Shown here: piece by piece, positions 19,212 to 29,145 of the stretch
How positions within the stretch are numbered: position 1 is the stretch's first letter
How the letters are laid out: each line of letters starts with the position of its first letter
DNA from: a virus
IMG/VR virus record: IMGVR_UViG_3300044991_001618
Coordinates: 1 to 64,000 of that record
Length of the DNA stretch: 64,000 bases
Direction: 5' to 3' (one strand)
The notes under the pieces: generated by a model
Seen by the model: only the letters and a program-made list of their open reading frames with translations
The model's database searches: none
What the model was told of the DNA's origin: nothing
Made by a program: the position numbers and the translations under genes

Positions 19212-19980
19212 TAAAAAAGTAATATCACTTTTAGAGGGTGGATTTTCAATGCAAACTTTAAGAGGTATGAGTGAGAACAATATAAATTATTTATATTCAA
19301 AATTAGTGACAGAGCAAACTACATCAACCAAGGGTAGTATTATAACTAAAAATGAACCAAAGGCAATGCAATTAGTTGCTAAAGGTTATAATGTTAGACT
19401 TGAGAAAAAGGAAATGGGTGAGGCAAAGAAAAAATCTCAAACAAAAAATCCTTTTGCAATTTGTACAGCACAATTAAAAAAAGAATTTGGAACATCTGAA
19501 AGAAGTGAGTGGACAAAATCACAACTTAAAAAATATGAAAGATGTGTTATGGATGTTAAGAAAGGTGTGAAAGAAGGCGTAAATCCAATTGATGTTTTTA
19601 TTGAAAATGAAATGGATAGAATGATTGAATCTTATTCAAAACCAAAAGTAACAAAAAGTGCATTATTGAGGCATTTAAGAGAATATGATACACCAACTAC
19701 TAAGCCAGTTGTAAAGCCAGCAAAACCAACTACAAAACCAACAAGAAGGGATAATCCATTCATCAACCCAAATCCAAAAGTTAATCCAGACCCAAAAGCA
19801 AATACTGAAACAAAGCCAGTTGTAAAACCAGCAAAACCAACAACAAAACCAACAAGGAGAGATAACCCATTTATTAACCCAAACCCAAAAGTTAATACAA
19901 CACCAAAAGCAATTTCACCTGAAAAGGCAAAAAACGCTATTATAGATAACATTATGCAATTACTAAATTTTGAAAACTAA
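19201..19980 (+). CDS. hypothetical protein with a 37-aa Pro/Lys/Thr duplication
   Basis: KPVVKPAKPTTKPTRRDNPFINPNPKVN occurs twice (111-bp period, 19702 and 19813). Confidence 0.7.
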   Translation: MKINKKVISLLEGGFSMQTLRGMSENNINYLYSKLVTEQTTSTKGSIITKNEPKAMQLVAKGYNVRLEKKEMGEAKKKSQTKNPFAICTAQLKKEFGTSERSEWTKSQLKKYERCVMDVKKGVKEGVNPIDVFIENEMDRMIESYSKPKVTKSALLRHLREYDTPTTKPVVKPAKPTTKPTRRDNPFINPNPKVNPDPKANTETKPVVKPAKPTTKPTRRDNPFINPNPKVNTTPKAISPEKAKNAIIDNIMQLLNFEN

Positions 19981-21326
19981 TGAAGGATATTAATAAATTA
20001 ATAAAAAGAAAACTAAAGGAGCAATTAGATTATAGTGGTTCTGAAAGAATGGATCCAAGACTTGAAAAGAAATTGGCTGACCCTGAAAGTATGTTTGCTA
20101 AAAACCCAGCCTTTAAGAGGGGTGCTGCTGATGTTCAAAAATTATATAGTGATTCATTTAATGACTTGGTTGAAAAGGTTAGAGATGTAGTTGGTAAGGA
20201 TGATTTGACACCAAATGAATTGGCTAGCATAATATCAACCACTATGTTTAGAAATGTTAGAGCAATTCAAGAGATTGAACAATCAAATAGTGATGAATTA
20301 GTAGAGTTAGCAATTGAAGGGACATTAAATGAAATGGAAATTTCTGATGAAACATTTACTATTAATGCAACATTAGATATGCCAGGTAATGATGTGGTTG
20401 GCAAAATGAAACAAAATAAAGAGGAAATAGAGGATGAATTAACTTTTGAGGAACAAGAGGTGTTGGATGATGAAGTATTTAAAAGAGATATTATTAATGC
20501 TTTAATTGGTGGTACAGGGAAAAAAGTCCAATACATTTATGAAAAGCCAGAAATAAAAGCAAGATTGGATGAAATTAATCCAAGATTATTTCAATTATAT
20601 AAATCAACATTACCATTAATTGATCTTCATTTTTATTATTTAAATGAAGATTATATGGATATGGCTAGTGGTGGTGGTGGAGTTGCTGGTGCTGTTGAAG
20701 TTGATGATGAAGAAGATAAGGAAACAAATGAATTAAAAACTGTTATAAATGCTGCTGGATTTATTTTTCCAGTTCTATGCCATGAAATAGGTAAGGGAGT
20801 TCAAGAAGCATTAGCAAGACAAGGTTATCCTTCTGATACTGATACAGCTAATATGACATTAGGTCAAGCAGATACATTAAAAGCAGAAACAGAGGGTTTA
20901 AGAATTGGGCCAGCCATCTTAAAGAAGATAAGAAATATTTTACCAATGGATGTATTGGACAAATCAGATATTGGATTAATTAATTTCTTTTTTGTTGAAT
21001 TGTATAAAATACCTGCAAAAGAATTTCTTAACTTAATGAAATATGTTATATCAACTAATCCTAGTGATAATTCATATGCTCAAAATGAATTTAAAGACTT
21101 AGTTGCTGCTGCAAGAGAAGGTAAGCAAAGATATCTTGATTATTTAATGAGTCAATTTGATGATGGTGGTTTAGGTGACCAAGATGATGATGATGATGAT
21201 ACAAATACCCCAGACAACACATATTCTGGTGGTAAACAAGTTAAAAATTTTGACCCAAATGACTATATGGATGTCAGTTTACCTGAATTACTTAAAAATT
21301 TGAGAGATGCAAATATGTTAAATTAA
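19980..21326 (+). CDS. hypothetical acidic protein
   Basis: 448-aa coupled ORF containing HEIGKG. Confidence 0.7.
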   Translation: MKDINKLIKRKLKEQLDYSGSERMDPRLEKKLADPESMFAKNPAFKRGAADVQKLYSDSFNDLVEKVRDVVGKDDLTPNELASIISTTMFRNVRAIQEIEQSNSDELVELAIEGTLNEMEISDETFTINATLDMPGNDVVGKMKQNKEEIEDELTFEEQEVLDDEVFKRDIINALIGGTGKKVQYIYEKPEIKARLDEINPRLFQLYKSTLPLIDLHFYYLNEDYMDMASGGGGVAGAVEVDDEEDKETNELKTVINAAGFIFPVLCHEIGKGVQEALARQGYPSDTDTANMTLGQADTLKAETEGLRIGPAILKKIRNILPMDVLDKSDIGLINFFFVELYKIPAKEFLNLMKYVISTNPSDNSYAQNEFKDLVAAAREGKQRYLDYLMSQFDDGGLGDQDDDDDDTNTPDNTYSGGKQVKNFDPNDYMDVSLPELLKNLRDANMLN

Positions 21327-21347
21327 TTTTTATTTTTCATAGAATTA

Positions 21348-21380
21348 ACCCCCATTCTTAATTAGTTTGGGGGTTTTTTT
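21348..21380 (+). terminator. intrinsic terminator (copy 2 of a duplicated element)
   Basis: ACCCCCA-TTCTTAATTAGTT-TGGGGGT-TTTTTT. Confidence 0.75.
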
Positions 21381-21410
21381 ATTTTGTATGTATTTATAAA
21401 AAAACAAAAT

Positions 21411-23162
21411 ATGACAAGAGATCAAGTATTGATTGAATCAGCCAAATGTATAAAAAGCACACCATATTGTTTAAAGACATATTTACAAACATATGACAAT
21501 ACAGTTAAAAGATATGTACCATTAGATTTATTTCCAGACCAAGTAAAATTGATTGAGGATTTTGATTCATATAATGAAAATATTGCATTAAAGTATAGGC
21601 AGGCTGGGGTGTCAACGGTTACAGCTGCTTGGATATCAAAAAAATTAGCATTTGCAAATAAGAATAAACCTGAAAAAGTGTTAATTATTGCCAACAAATT
21701 GGATACCGCAGTTGAGATGGCTAATAAGGTTAGACATTTTACAGAACAATGGCCTAATTGGGTTGGTATTGGATTTTCATCTGAAAAAAATTCAGCAAGG
21801 CATTTTAAATTAAACAATGATTGTGAGGTTAAAGCAGTGGCAACATCAAAAGATGCGTTAAGGGGTTATACACCCACCACATTGATATTTGATGAGGCAG
21901 CCTATATTGATGCTGACCCCGACTTTTGGGCAGCCTCTATGGCATCGCTATCAACAGGGGGTAAGGTTGTGGTAATATCAACACCAAATGGTTATGATAG
22001 GATATATTATGAGATATATGACCAAGCATTGCGTAATATGAATGAGTTCAAGATTACTGAAATGGTTTGGTATAGGGATCCAAGATATACAAAAGATTTA
22101 TTTTTGGTAAAGACAAAAGATATGATTCATTATCTTTTAAATAAAGAAGAATATACCAAAGATGATATATTAGATTTATCACATGAGAATTCATACGAAA
22201 GAGACCATCAAGTAGTGATTGACCATATTGAAGAAGGTTATAAACCATGTTCATCTTGGTATGAGGGTATGGTGAAGAAATTAAAATATGATAAAAGAAA
22301 AGTTTCACAAGAGATTGAAAGTAATTTCTTGGGGTCAGGTGATAATGTATTTGATTCAGAATTATTAACAAATATCTTAAAGAACCAATTGGCAAACCCC
22401 ATATCAAAATTGATGGGAAATAGTTTATGGATGTTTAAAGAGCCAGAAAATGGTCATAGGTATGTTGCAGGTGTTGATGTATCAAGGGGCGATTCAGAAG
22501 ATTTTTCAACAATTCAGATTATTGATTTTGATACACAAGAACAAGTTTTGGAATATGTTGGCAAAATACCCCCAGATATATTAGCAGAAGTTGTGTATAA
22601 ATGGTGTACAATGTATAGGGCATTTGTTGTTGTCGATTTGACTGGTGGAATGGGAGTTGCAACATCTAGGAAATTACAAGAAATGAATTATCCAAGTTTA
22701 TATTATGATAATGTTGATACAAATAATAAATGGAAGTATGACCCAAAAATGTATGAAAGGATTCCTGGAATAAATTTCAATAACAAAAGAGTTCAAATGA
22801 TTGCATCTTATGAAGAAGCATTAAGACATGGTTTTAAAATTTATTCAAATAGACTATACAATGAAATGAATACCTTTATATATATAAATGGGAGACCTGA
22901 TCACCAGAAGGGGCATCATGATGATTGTATTATGGCAATAGCAATGGCTACTTATGTTGCAGAAAAGTCTTTTCAAGTTTTGGAAAAAGTAACAAACCAC
23001 ACAAAAGCAATGATTAATTCTTGGAGTACACATACAAATACATATACTGAACAATCACTCTATTTTAATCCAATGATATCAAATGCCAATGGTAAAGATG
23101 GAATAAATACCCCAAATGTAAATGATTACCAAAAATATAATTGGTTATTTGGTGGAAGATAA
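21411..23162 (+). CDS. terL: terminase large subunit (T4 gp17-like)
   Basis: KYRQAGVST Walker A, IFDEAA Walker B, ISTPNG, GVDVSRG, HDDCIMA; ATG at 21411 preferred. Confidence 0.95.
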   Translation: MTRDQVLIESAKCIKSTPYCLKTYLQTYDNTVKRYVPLDLFPDQVKLIEDFDSYNENIALKYRQAGVSTVTAAWISKKLAFANKNKPEKVLIIANKLDTAVEMANKVRHFTEQWPNWVGIGFSSEKNSARHFKLNNDCEVKAVATSKDALRGYTPTTLIFDEAAYIDADPDFWAASMASLSTGGKVVVISTPNGYDRIYYEIYDQALRNMNEFKITEMVWYRDPRYTKDLFLVKTKDMIHYLLNKEEYTKDDILDLSHENSYERDHQVVIDHIEEGYKPCSSWYEGMVKKLKYDKRKVSQEIESNFLGSGDNVFDSELLTNILKNQLANPISKLMGNSLWMFKEPENGHRYVAGVDVSRGDSEDFSTIQIIDFDTQEQVLEYVGKIPPDILAEVVYKWCTMYRAFVVVDLTGGMGVATSRKLQEMNYPSLYYDNVDTNNKWKYDPKMYERIPGINFNNKRVQMIASYEEALRHGFKIYSNRLYNEMNTFIYINGRPDHQKGHHDDCIMAIAMATYVAEKSFQVLEKVTNHTKAMINSWSTHTNTYTEQSLYFNPMISNANGKDGINTPNVNDYQKYNWLFGGR

Positions 23163-23174
23163 ATATAATATATT

Positions 23175-25028
23175 ATGAGTAATAATGAAAATCTAACAGT
23201 TTGGCAAAGGTTATCTGCAACTTTTGGACCAAATTCTCTTTTAAATCAAGATATCCCAACATATAAATTTGATAAGAAGGAGTTATTAAGAACGCAAAAT
23301 AAAGATGAATATCAAAGGGAAAAATTACAAGCCCAGCAATCATTTTATCTATCAAATCAATGGGCAAAGATTGATAACCACTTATATACCCAAGCAGTAT
23401 ATTATGAACCAACAAGATTAGCATCAGTCTATGATTTTGAAAGTATGGAGTATACGCCAGAAATAGGGGCAGCATTAGATATATATGCTGAAGAATCAAC
23501 AACAGCAAATGAAGATGGTCATATGCTACAAATATATTCTGAATCAAAAAGAATTAAATCGGTGCTAACTGATTTATTTAATAATGTTTTGGATATAAAC
23601 ACATCATTGCCTATGTGGACTAGGAATACAGCTAAGTTTGGTGATAATTTTGTCTATTTAAAGTTAGACCCAGAAAAAGGCATTGTTGGTTGCAATCAAT
23701 TACCTAATATAGAAATAGAAAGATTAGAACCAGGTAGTACTGAAAAATCACCAAATTATGGTGAAATGTCATCAGAAAATCAATCCCTTAAATTCAAATG
23801 GAAAAATAAACAGATGGAATTTCAGCCTTGGGAAGTTGCTCACTTTAGAATATTGGGAGATGATAGAAAATTACCTTATGGTACATCTTTATTGGAAAAA
23901 GCGAGGCGTATTTGGAAACAACTTTTATTGGCAGAAGATGCTATGTTAATATATAGAACATCAAGAGCACCAGAACGTAGGGTATTTAAAGTTTTTGTTG
24001 GTAATATGGATGATAATGATGTTGAGTCATATGTACAGCGTGTTGCAAATAAATTCAAACGAGAACAAATTGTTGATAGTAAAACGGGTAATGTGGATAT
24101 GAGATATAATCAAATGGCTGTTGACCAAGATTATTTTATACCAGTAAGAGACCCCGGGCAAGGTAGTCCCATTGAAACTTTACCTGGCGGAACAAATCTT
24201 GGAGAAATTGCAGATATAGAGTATATCCAGAAAAAATTGGTTACAGCATTAAGGATACCAAAAACATTCTTGGGTTTTGAAGATGTGGCTGGTGAAGGAA
24301 AAACTTTAGCGTTACAAGATATTAGATTTGCAAGAACAATAAATAGAATACAAAAATGTATGATATCTGAATTGAATAAAATTGCAATTATTCATTTATT
24401 TTTATTGGGTTTTGAGGATGAAATATCTAATTTTACTTTGGGATTAACCAATCCATCAACACAATCAGATTTATTAAAGATTGATGTTTGGAAAGAAAAG
24501 GTTGGTCTTTATAGGGATGCAGTTGCGGATCCTGGTACAGGTATTTCACCAGTTTCAGCAACATGGGCTAAAAAACATATTTTTGGTTTCTCTGATGAGG
24601 AGATTAGATTAGATTTACAACAACAGAGAATTGAAAGAGCAGTTGGTGAAGAATTAAAACAAACCCCTCTCATTATTAAGAAAACTGGATTATTTGATAA
24701 TATTGATAAGTTATATGGTACAGTAAGTGGTGGTACAACAACTGCTGGAGCACCACCACCTCCAATGGGGGATGATATGGGTGGTATGGATATGGGTGGT
24801 ATGGATATGGGTGCACCACCACCTCCAATGGGGGATGATATGGGTGGTATGGATATGGGGATACCTCCACCAGCAGAGTCAGGTTTAGCACCAGAATCAA
24901 GAGATAGAAATTTGAATATTTTGCTTGAACATAGCAAGTTTAATGGAACAAATTATATTCCATTATCAAAAGGTCAAAAATCTTTGGGGGATTTAGAAAA
25001 CGAACTAAAAAAGTTATTAGGTTCATAA
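23175..25028 (+). CDS. portal protein (T4 gp20-like)
   Basis: EDAMLIYRTSRAPERRVF, DYFIPVR, IETLPGG, DIRFARTI. Confidence 0.95.
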   Translation: MSNNENLTVWQRLSATFGPNSLLNQDIPTYKFDKKELLRTQNKDEYQREKLQAQQSFYLSNQWAKIDNHLYTQAVYYEPTRLASVYDFESMEYTPEIGAALDIYAEESTTANEDGHMLQIYSESKRIKSVLTDLFNNVLDINTSLPMWTRNTAKFGDNFVYLKLDPEKGIVGCNQLPNIEIERLEPGSTEKSPNYGEMSSENQSLKFKWKNKQMEFQPWEVAHFRILGDDRKLPYGTSLLEKARRIWKQLLLAEDAMLIYRTSRAPERRVFKVFVGNMDDNDVESYVQRVANKFKREQIVDSKTGNVDMRYNQMAVDQDYFIPVRDPGQGSPIETLPGGTNLGEIADIEYIQKKLVTALRIPKTFLGFEDVAGEGKTLALQDIRFARTINRIQKCMISELNKIAIIHLFLLGFEDEISNFTLGLTNPSTQSDLLKIDVWKEKVGLYRDAVADPGTGISPVSATWAKKHIFGFSDEEIRLDLQQQRIERAVGEELKQTPLIIKKTGLFDNIDKLYGTVSGGTTTAGAPPPPMGDDMGGMDMGGMDMGAPPPPMGDDMGGMDMGIPPPAESGLAPESRDRNLNILLEHSKFNGTNYIPLSKGQKSLGDLENELKKLLGS

Positions 25029-25049
25029 TATTTATAAAAAAAGAAAAAT

Positions 25050-25754
25050 ATGAAATTTGGTAGAGTAAAAACAATTATTGAAAATAATCTTTCAGAATCT
25101 GTAAAAGATAAGAAGATTTTTAAAGAAAACATAAAAAATTTTAAAAAGCATATTTTAAAGGATAAAAATTTATCCAAATTATATGTATTATATGGTGATT
25201 TATCAAAGCCAAGGGGTTTAACTGAAAGTGAGGCAAAAACTTATCTGGATGAGGGCATTGATTGGGCTAAGAAATTAATTAGTAAATCTAAAATACCAGT
25301 CATCCTAAATAAACTTGATAATAATGAATATGGAAATATTGATAAATTAGTTTATGAATCAACAAAAAGTATTGAAGAATTGGTTGAAATCAAAAAGAAT
25401 ATTTTAACTGTATTAGTACAACCAATTAAAATTAATGAGAATAAAATTAACTTACCAATAAGTTCAATGGTTAAAGTTGTTAATACAAAAGTTAATGAAT
25501 ATATTAATTCATTAAATGAGGAAACAAAAAAGGAAATTTTATCATTATTAAAAGAAGATAAGAATAAATTAAATGCTGATTTTATAACATTAAAATCTGA
25601 TACAGAGAAGAAACTAGTTGAATTGTCTTTGACCGAAACAAATGCTGAAGTTAAGACAAAAATATTAAAGGCAATTGATAAGGTTAAAACTGATAAGTTT
25701 GATATATTGAATTATTATGAAATAAAAAATTTAAATAAATCATTAAATGGGTAA
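25050..25754 (+). CDS. hypothetical head-module protein
   Basis: Helical 234-aa ORF between portal and protease. Confidence 0.7.
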   Translation: MKFGRVKTIIENNLSESVKDKKIFKENIKNFKKHILKDKNLSKLYVLYGDLSKPRGLTESEAKTYLDEGIDWAKKLISKSKIPVILNKLDNNEYGNIDKLVYESTKSIEELVEIKKNILTVLVQPIKINENKINLPISSMVKVVNTKVNEYINSLNEETKKEILSLLKEDKNKLNADFITLKSDTEKKLVELSLTETNAEVKTKILKAIDKVKTDKFDILNYYEIKNLNKSLNG

Positions 25755-25810
25755 TTTCATTTGATAATTATATTGTTTTTGTTTATTTTTAAATAAACAA
25801 TTAACAATCA

Positions 25811-26251
25811 ATGAAGAATGGGAAAAAAATAAGACTTAGGTTATTTAATGATTTAAAAGTATTTTACGGTACTATTGATTATATTGAATTAAAATCAATT
25901 TACATAAATATTCAATCTTGGGTTCAGCCAAAAGATGACTATACTAACTGGAAAAAAATTGTTTGCACCCAGTCAAGGGATATTAAGCACACAATATTAG
26001 ATGTCAATGATTTGAATTTATTTCATAAATCAACAATTGTTGATTTGGATATTAGACATAGTGGTCTTTCGTTAGATAAAAAATCTTTTATGAACCTTGA
26101 AATAACTTTATTTGCTAAAGTTGGGGTTGATTTTAAATCAAATGAATTAAAGGACTCTGTTAGAAAAATAATAAAAGAAATATATAATAAAAATATTTCT
26201 AAAAACAAATATTTTGATTTTTTCATAACAAAAAGAGATTTAATTCAATAA
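25811..26251 (+). CDS. hypothetical protein
   Basis: 146-aa ORF with an upstream TTTG-N20-TATTTTTA. Confidence 0.7.
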   Translation: MKNGKKIRLRLFNDLKVFYGTIDYIELKSIYINIQSWVQPKDDYTNWKKIVCTQSRDIKHTILDVNDLNLFHKSTIVDLDIRHSGLSLDKKSFMNLEITLFAKVGVDFKSNELKDSVRKIIKEIYNKNISKNKYFDFFITKRDLIQ

Positions 26252-26289
26252 AACAAAACATTTTATATATTTATTATATAAAATATAAT

Positions 26290-26991
26290 ATGAATAGTTT
26301 AAGAATATTAGAATCAAATGAAATTGGTCATGGAATATTAATTGAGGCTGATGCTGGTTGGATTAATCCCAAAGACCAATTAAATGTTAATTTAATACAA
26401 GAAAACAAAAAGTTAGATTATAAGAACCCTTTTGAATTTTATGCTGTATTGCAAAAGCATGATGTACCAAATAGAAATGGTAGAACATATCCTGAAAAAA
26501 TATTAAAAAGGGAGGCTGAAAGATATAAGCAAATTATTGAAAAGGGTTTATCTACTTCTGAATTAAATCACCCCGAATCATCCTTAATTGACTTAGATAG
26601 AGTTGCCCACTTAATAACAGAAATTTGGTGGGATGGCAATATACTAATGGGTAAATTATTGCTATTAACCTCTCCTGGCTTTCACCAGAGCGGTGTTGTG
26701 TCAACCAAGGGTGATGTTGCCGCAAATCTAATGAGGCAAGGAGTGAGCCTAGGAATCAGTTCTAGGGGGGTTGGATCACTTAAAAAAGTTGGGGAGAAAA
26801 ATGAGGTTCAAGATGATTTTGAATTGATTTGTTTTGATTTGGTTTCATCCCCATCAACACCCGGGGCATACCTATTCTCAAATAAGGAAGATAGGCATAA
26901 GTATGATGAAAAACTAGAAGAAGAAAAGAAAATTGACCCCTCAACTAATATATTAAAATTAATGAATAAACTTGATAGTTATTTGAAATAA
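26290..26991 (+). CDS. prohead core protease (T4 gp21-like)
   Basis: NRNGRTY, ELNHP, GISSRGVGS, DLVSSPSTPGA. Confidence 0.95.
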   Translation: MNSLRILESNEIGHGILIEADAGWINPKDQLNVNLIQENKKLDYKNPFEFYAVLQKHDVPNRNGRTYPEKILKREAERYKQIIEKGLSTSELNHPESSLIDLDRVAHLITEIWWDGNILMGKLLLLTSPGFHQSGVVSTKGDVAANLMRQGVSLGISSRGVGSLKKVGEKNEVQDDFELICFDLVSSPSTPGAYLFSNKEDRHKYDEKLEEEKKIDPSTNILKLMNKLDSYLK

Positions 26992-26992
26992 A

Positions 26993-27754
26993 ATGGAAAT
27001 AGCAACATTAGGAAAGATATTTGAATTTATCAAAGAAAAGGGTGAACAAAATTTACCATTATTTTGGAAAATGAAAAATAATATGCCATTAACAGAAGAA
27101 GATTTGAATGTTAAAGGTGATTTGCATTTATCAAATAGAAACATAACCTCACTACCAAAAGGCTTGAAAGTTTATGGGAATATGAGTTTAGGGTATAGTA
27201 AAGTAAGATCATTACCAGAAGGATTAGAAGTTGGCGGTACGTTAAATGTTTCTGATAGTATGATAAGCAAATTACCAAAAGGATTAAAAGTTGGTGGTTC
27301 TCTGGTTATATCTTATACAAGTATAGGAATACTACCAAAAGGATTGGAAGTTGGTGGAGTTATCTATGCAATAAATAGTCATATATTTAATATAGACGAA
27401 ATACCAAAAGGTGTAATAACTGAAGGAATTGTAACTATCAACAAATTAATACTTAATTCAAATTTAACAATAAGTAGTGATTTGCATTTACAACATACAA
27501 AAATACCCTCATTACCAGAAGGATTGAAAGTTGGGAAGCATTTGTTTTTAGGATATTCAGAAATAACATCCTTACCAGAAGGATTAAACGTTGGGGAGCA
27601 TTTGTTTTTAGGATATTCAAAAATAACCTCATTACCAAAAGGGTTGGAAGTTTTTGGTGGTTTGTATATTAAAAATGCACCATTAACAAAATACACAGAT
27701 GAGCAATTAAGAGAAATGGTTAAACCTGGACATATAAATAGGATAATGAGATAA
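26993..27754 (+). CDS. LRR family protein, array 2 gene 1
   Basis: MEIATLGKIFEFIKE cap and repeats; starts immediately after the protease stop. Confidence 0.85.
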   Translation: MEIATLGKIFEFIKEKGEQNLPLFWKMKNNMPLTEEDLNVKGDLHLSNRNITSLPKGLKVYGNMSLGYSKVRSLPEGLEVGGTLNVSDSMISKLPKGLKVGGSLVISYTSIGILPKGLEVGGVIYAINSHIFNIDEIPKGVITEGIVTINKLILNSNLTISSDLHLQHTKIPSLPEGLKVGKHLFLGYSEITSLPEGLNVGEHLFLGYSKITSLPKGLEVFGGLYIKNAPLTKYTDEQLREMVKPGHINRIMR

Positions 27755-28155
27755 TGGAAATAGCAACATTAAAAAACATATTTAATTTCCTTGAAGTAAA
27801 TGAAAAAAAATTATCCATAAAATGGAAAATGATGAATAAAATCCCCTTTACTAAAGAACAATTATATGTCAAAGGTGATTTGGATTTACAAGGGGAAGAC
27901 ATAGAACAATTGCCAGCAGGGTTATATATTAAACGTAATTTATTGTTAAATGCCACACCAATAAAAAAATTACCAAAAGGTTTAAGAGTTGGTGGTGATT
28001 TGCAGTTACAAGATTGTGAAAATTTAAAATCCCTACCAAAAGATTTAAAAGTTCGGGGTAATATATGGCTTGGTGGCACACCATTAGGGAGAATGTCAGA
28101 TGAGAAAATATTAAATATGGTAAAACCAGATGGCTATATAGGTAACATATATTAA
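27754..28155 (+). CDS. LRR family protein, array 2 gene 2
   Basis: Caps and repeats; AGATAATG overlap. Confidence 0.85.
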   Translation: MEIATLKNIFNFLEVNEKKLSIKWKMMNKIPFTKEQLYVKGDLDLQGEDIEQLPAGLYIKRNLLLNATPIKKLPKGLRVGGDLQLQDCENLKSLPKDLKVRGNIWLGGTPLGRMSDEKILNMVKPDGYIGNIY

Positions 28156-28156
28156 A

Positions 28157-28747
28157 ATGAAAGAAGAAACATTAGGAAAGATATTTGAATTTATCAAAGA
28201 AAAGAGCAAACAAAATTTACCATTATTTTGGAAATTGAAAAATGATATACCATTAACAGAAGAAGATTTGACTTTTAAAGGTGATTTAAATTTAGAAAAT
28301 TCAAAAATAACCTCCTTACCAGATGGTTTGAAAGTTGAGGGTGATTTGATGTTAACCTTTTCAGAAATAAGCTCATTACCAGATGATTTACAAGTTGGTG
28401 GTCATTTAAACATAATTGGTTGTGATGCCATAAACTCATTACCAAAAGGATTAAAAGTTGGTGACAGCATTCAATTATCACCAAAACGAATAGTTTCCAT
28501 TGGGGAAGGATTGTTTGTTGGTGGGGATTTAAATTTATTTAATAGCCAAATAAAATCATTACCCCAAGGAGTTAAAATTGGGGGAGAGTTAATATTATCC
28601 TTTACAAAAATAGAAACATTACCAAAAGGTTTGATAGTTAAAGGTGGTTTGGATATTGCTGGAACACCATTAGAAAAATATTCAGATGATGAATTAAGAA
28701 AAATGGTTAAACCTGGAGTTATAAAAGGTTCAATAATTAGAGATTAA
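28157..28747 (+). CDS. LRR family protein, array 2 gene 3
   Basis: Caps and repeats. Confidence 0.85.
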   Translation: MKEETLGKIFEFIKEKSKQNLPLFWKLKNDIPLTEEDLTFKGDLNLENSKITSLPDGLKVEGDLMLTFSEISSLPDDLQVGGHLNIIGCDAINSLPKGLKVGDSIQLSPKRIVSIGEGLFVGGDLNLFNSQIKSLPQGVKIGGELILSFTKIETLPKGLIVKGGLDIAGTPLEKYSDDELRKMVKPGVIKGSIIRD

Positions 28748-28807
28748 AAAATTTGATTTTACAAAAAAAACAACTATATTTATACAAACAAATAAAAAAC
28801 AATACCT

Positions 28808-29017
28808 ATGGATGAAAAATTCTTTGTTGCCAGATTAACTTTTTCTCTACCTGATGAGAATACTGGTAAAATGAAAAAAGTAAGAGAAGAGAAATTAGTT
28901 AAAGGTTATTCTGTAACAGATGTTGAAGCAAAAGTTACAGAAAAGTATAAAAACTTTTCCCAAGATTGGAGAATAACAGCAGTTTCAGAATCAAAAATTG
29001 ATGAGGTTTTTGTTTAA
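28808..29017 (+). CDS. DUF4494-like small protein
   Basis: GKMKKVREEKLV...SVTDVEAKV...ITAVSESKI resembles the Bacteroidota family. Confidence 0.65.
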   Translation: MDEKFFVARLTFSLPDENTGKMKKVREEKLVKGYSVTDVEAKVTEKYKNFSQDWRITAVSESKIDEVFV

Positions 29018-29036
29018 AACAAATAACTTTTATCGT

Positions 29037-29070
29037 AAACCCCTAGCATAAATAATGTTAGGGGTTTTTT
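29037..29070 (+). terminator. intrinsic terminator
   Basis: AAACCCCTAGCAT...ATGTTAGGGGTTTTTT. Confidence 0.75.
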
Positions 29071-29145
29071 TATTTTAAAAATAATAATGATAATCAGTAA
29101 CTTTTTTACTTTTTGATATATTTATTATAAAAATAAATAAAAATT

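Noticed and set aside
21590-21625. Terminase Walker A lacking GKT (KYRQAGVST) as a sign of inactivation
   Set aside because: Deviant Walker A motifs with an upstream Lys are known in terminases, and all other motifs are intact.
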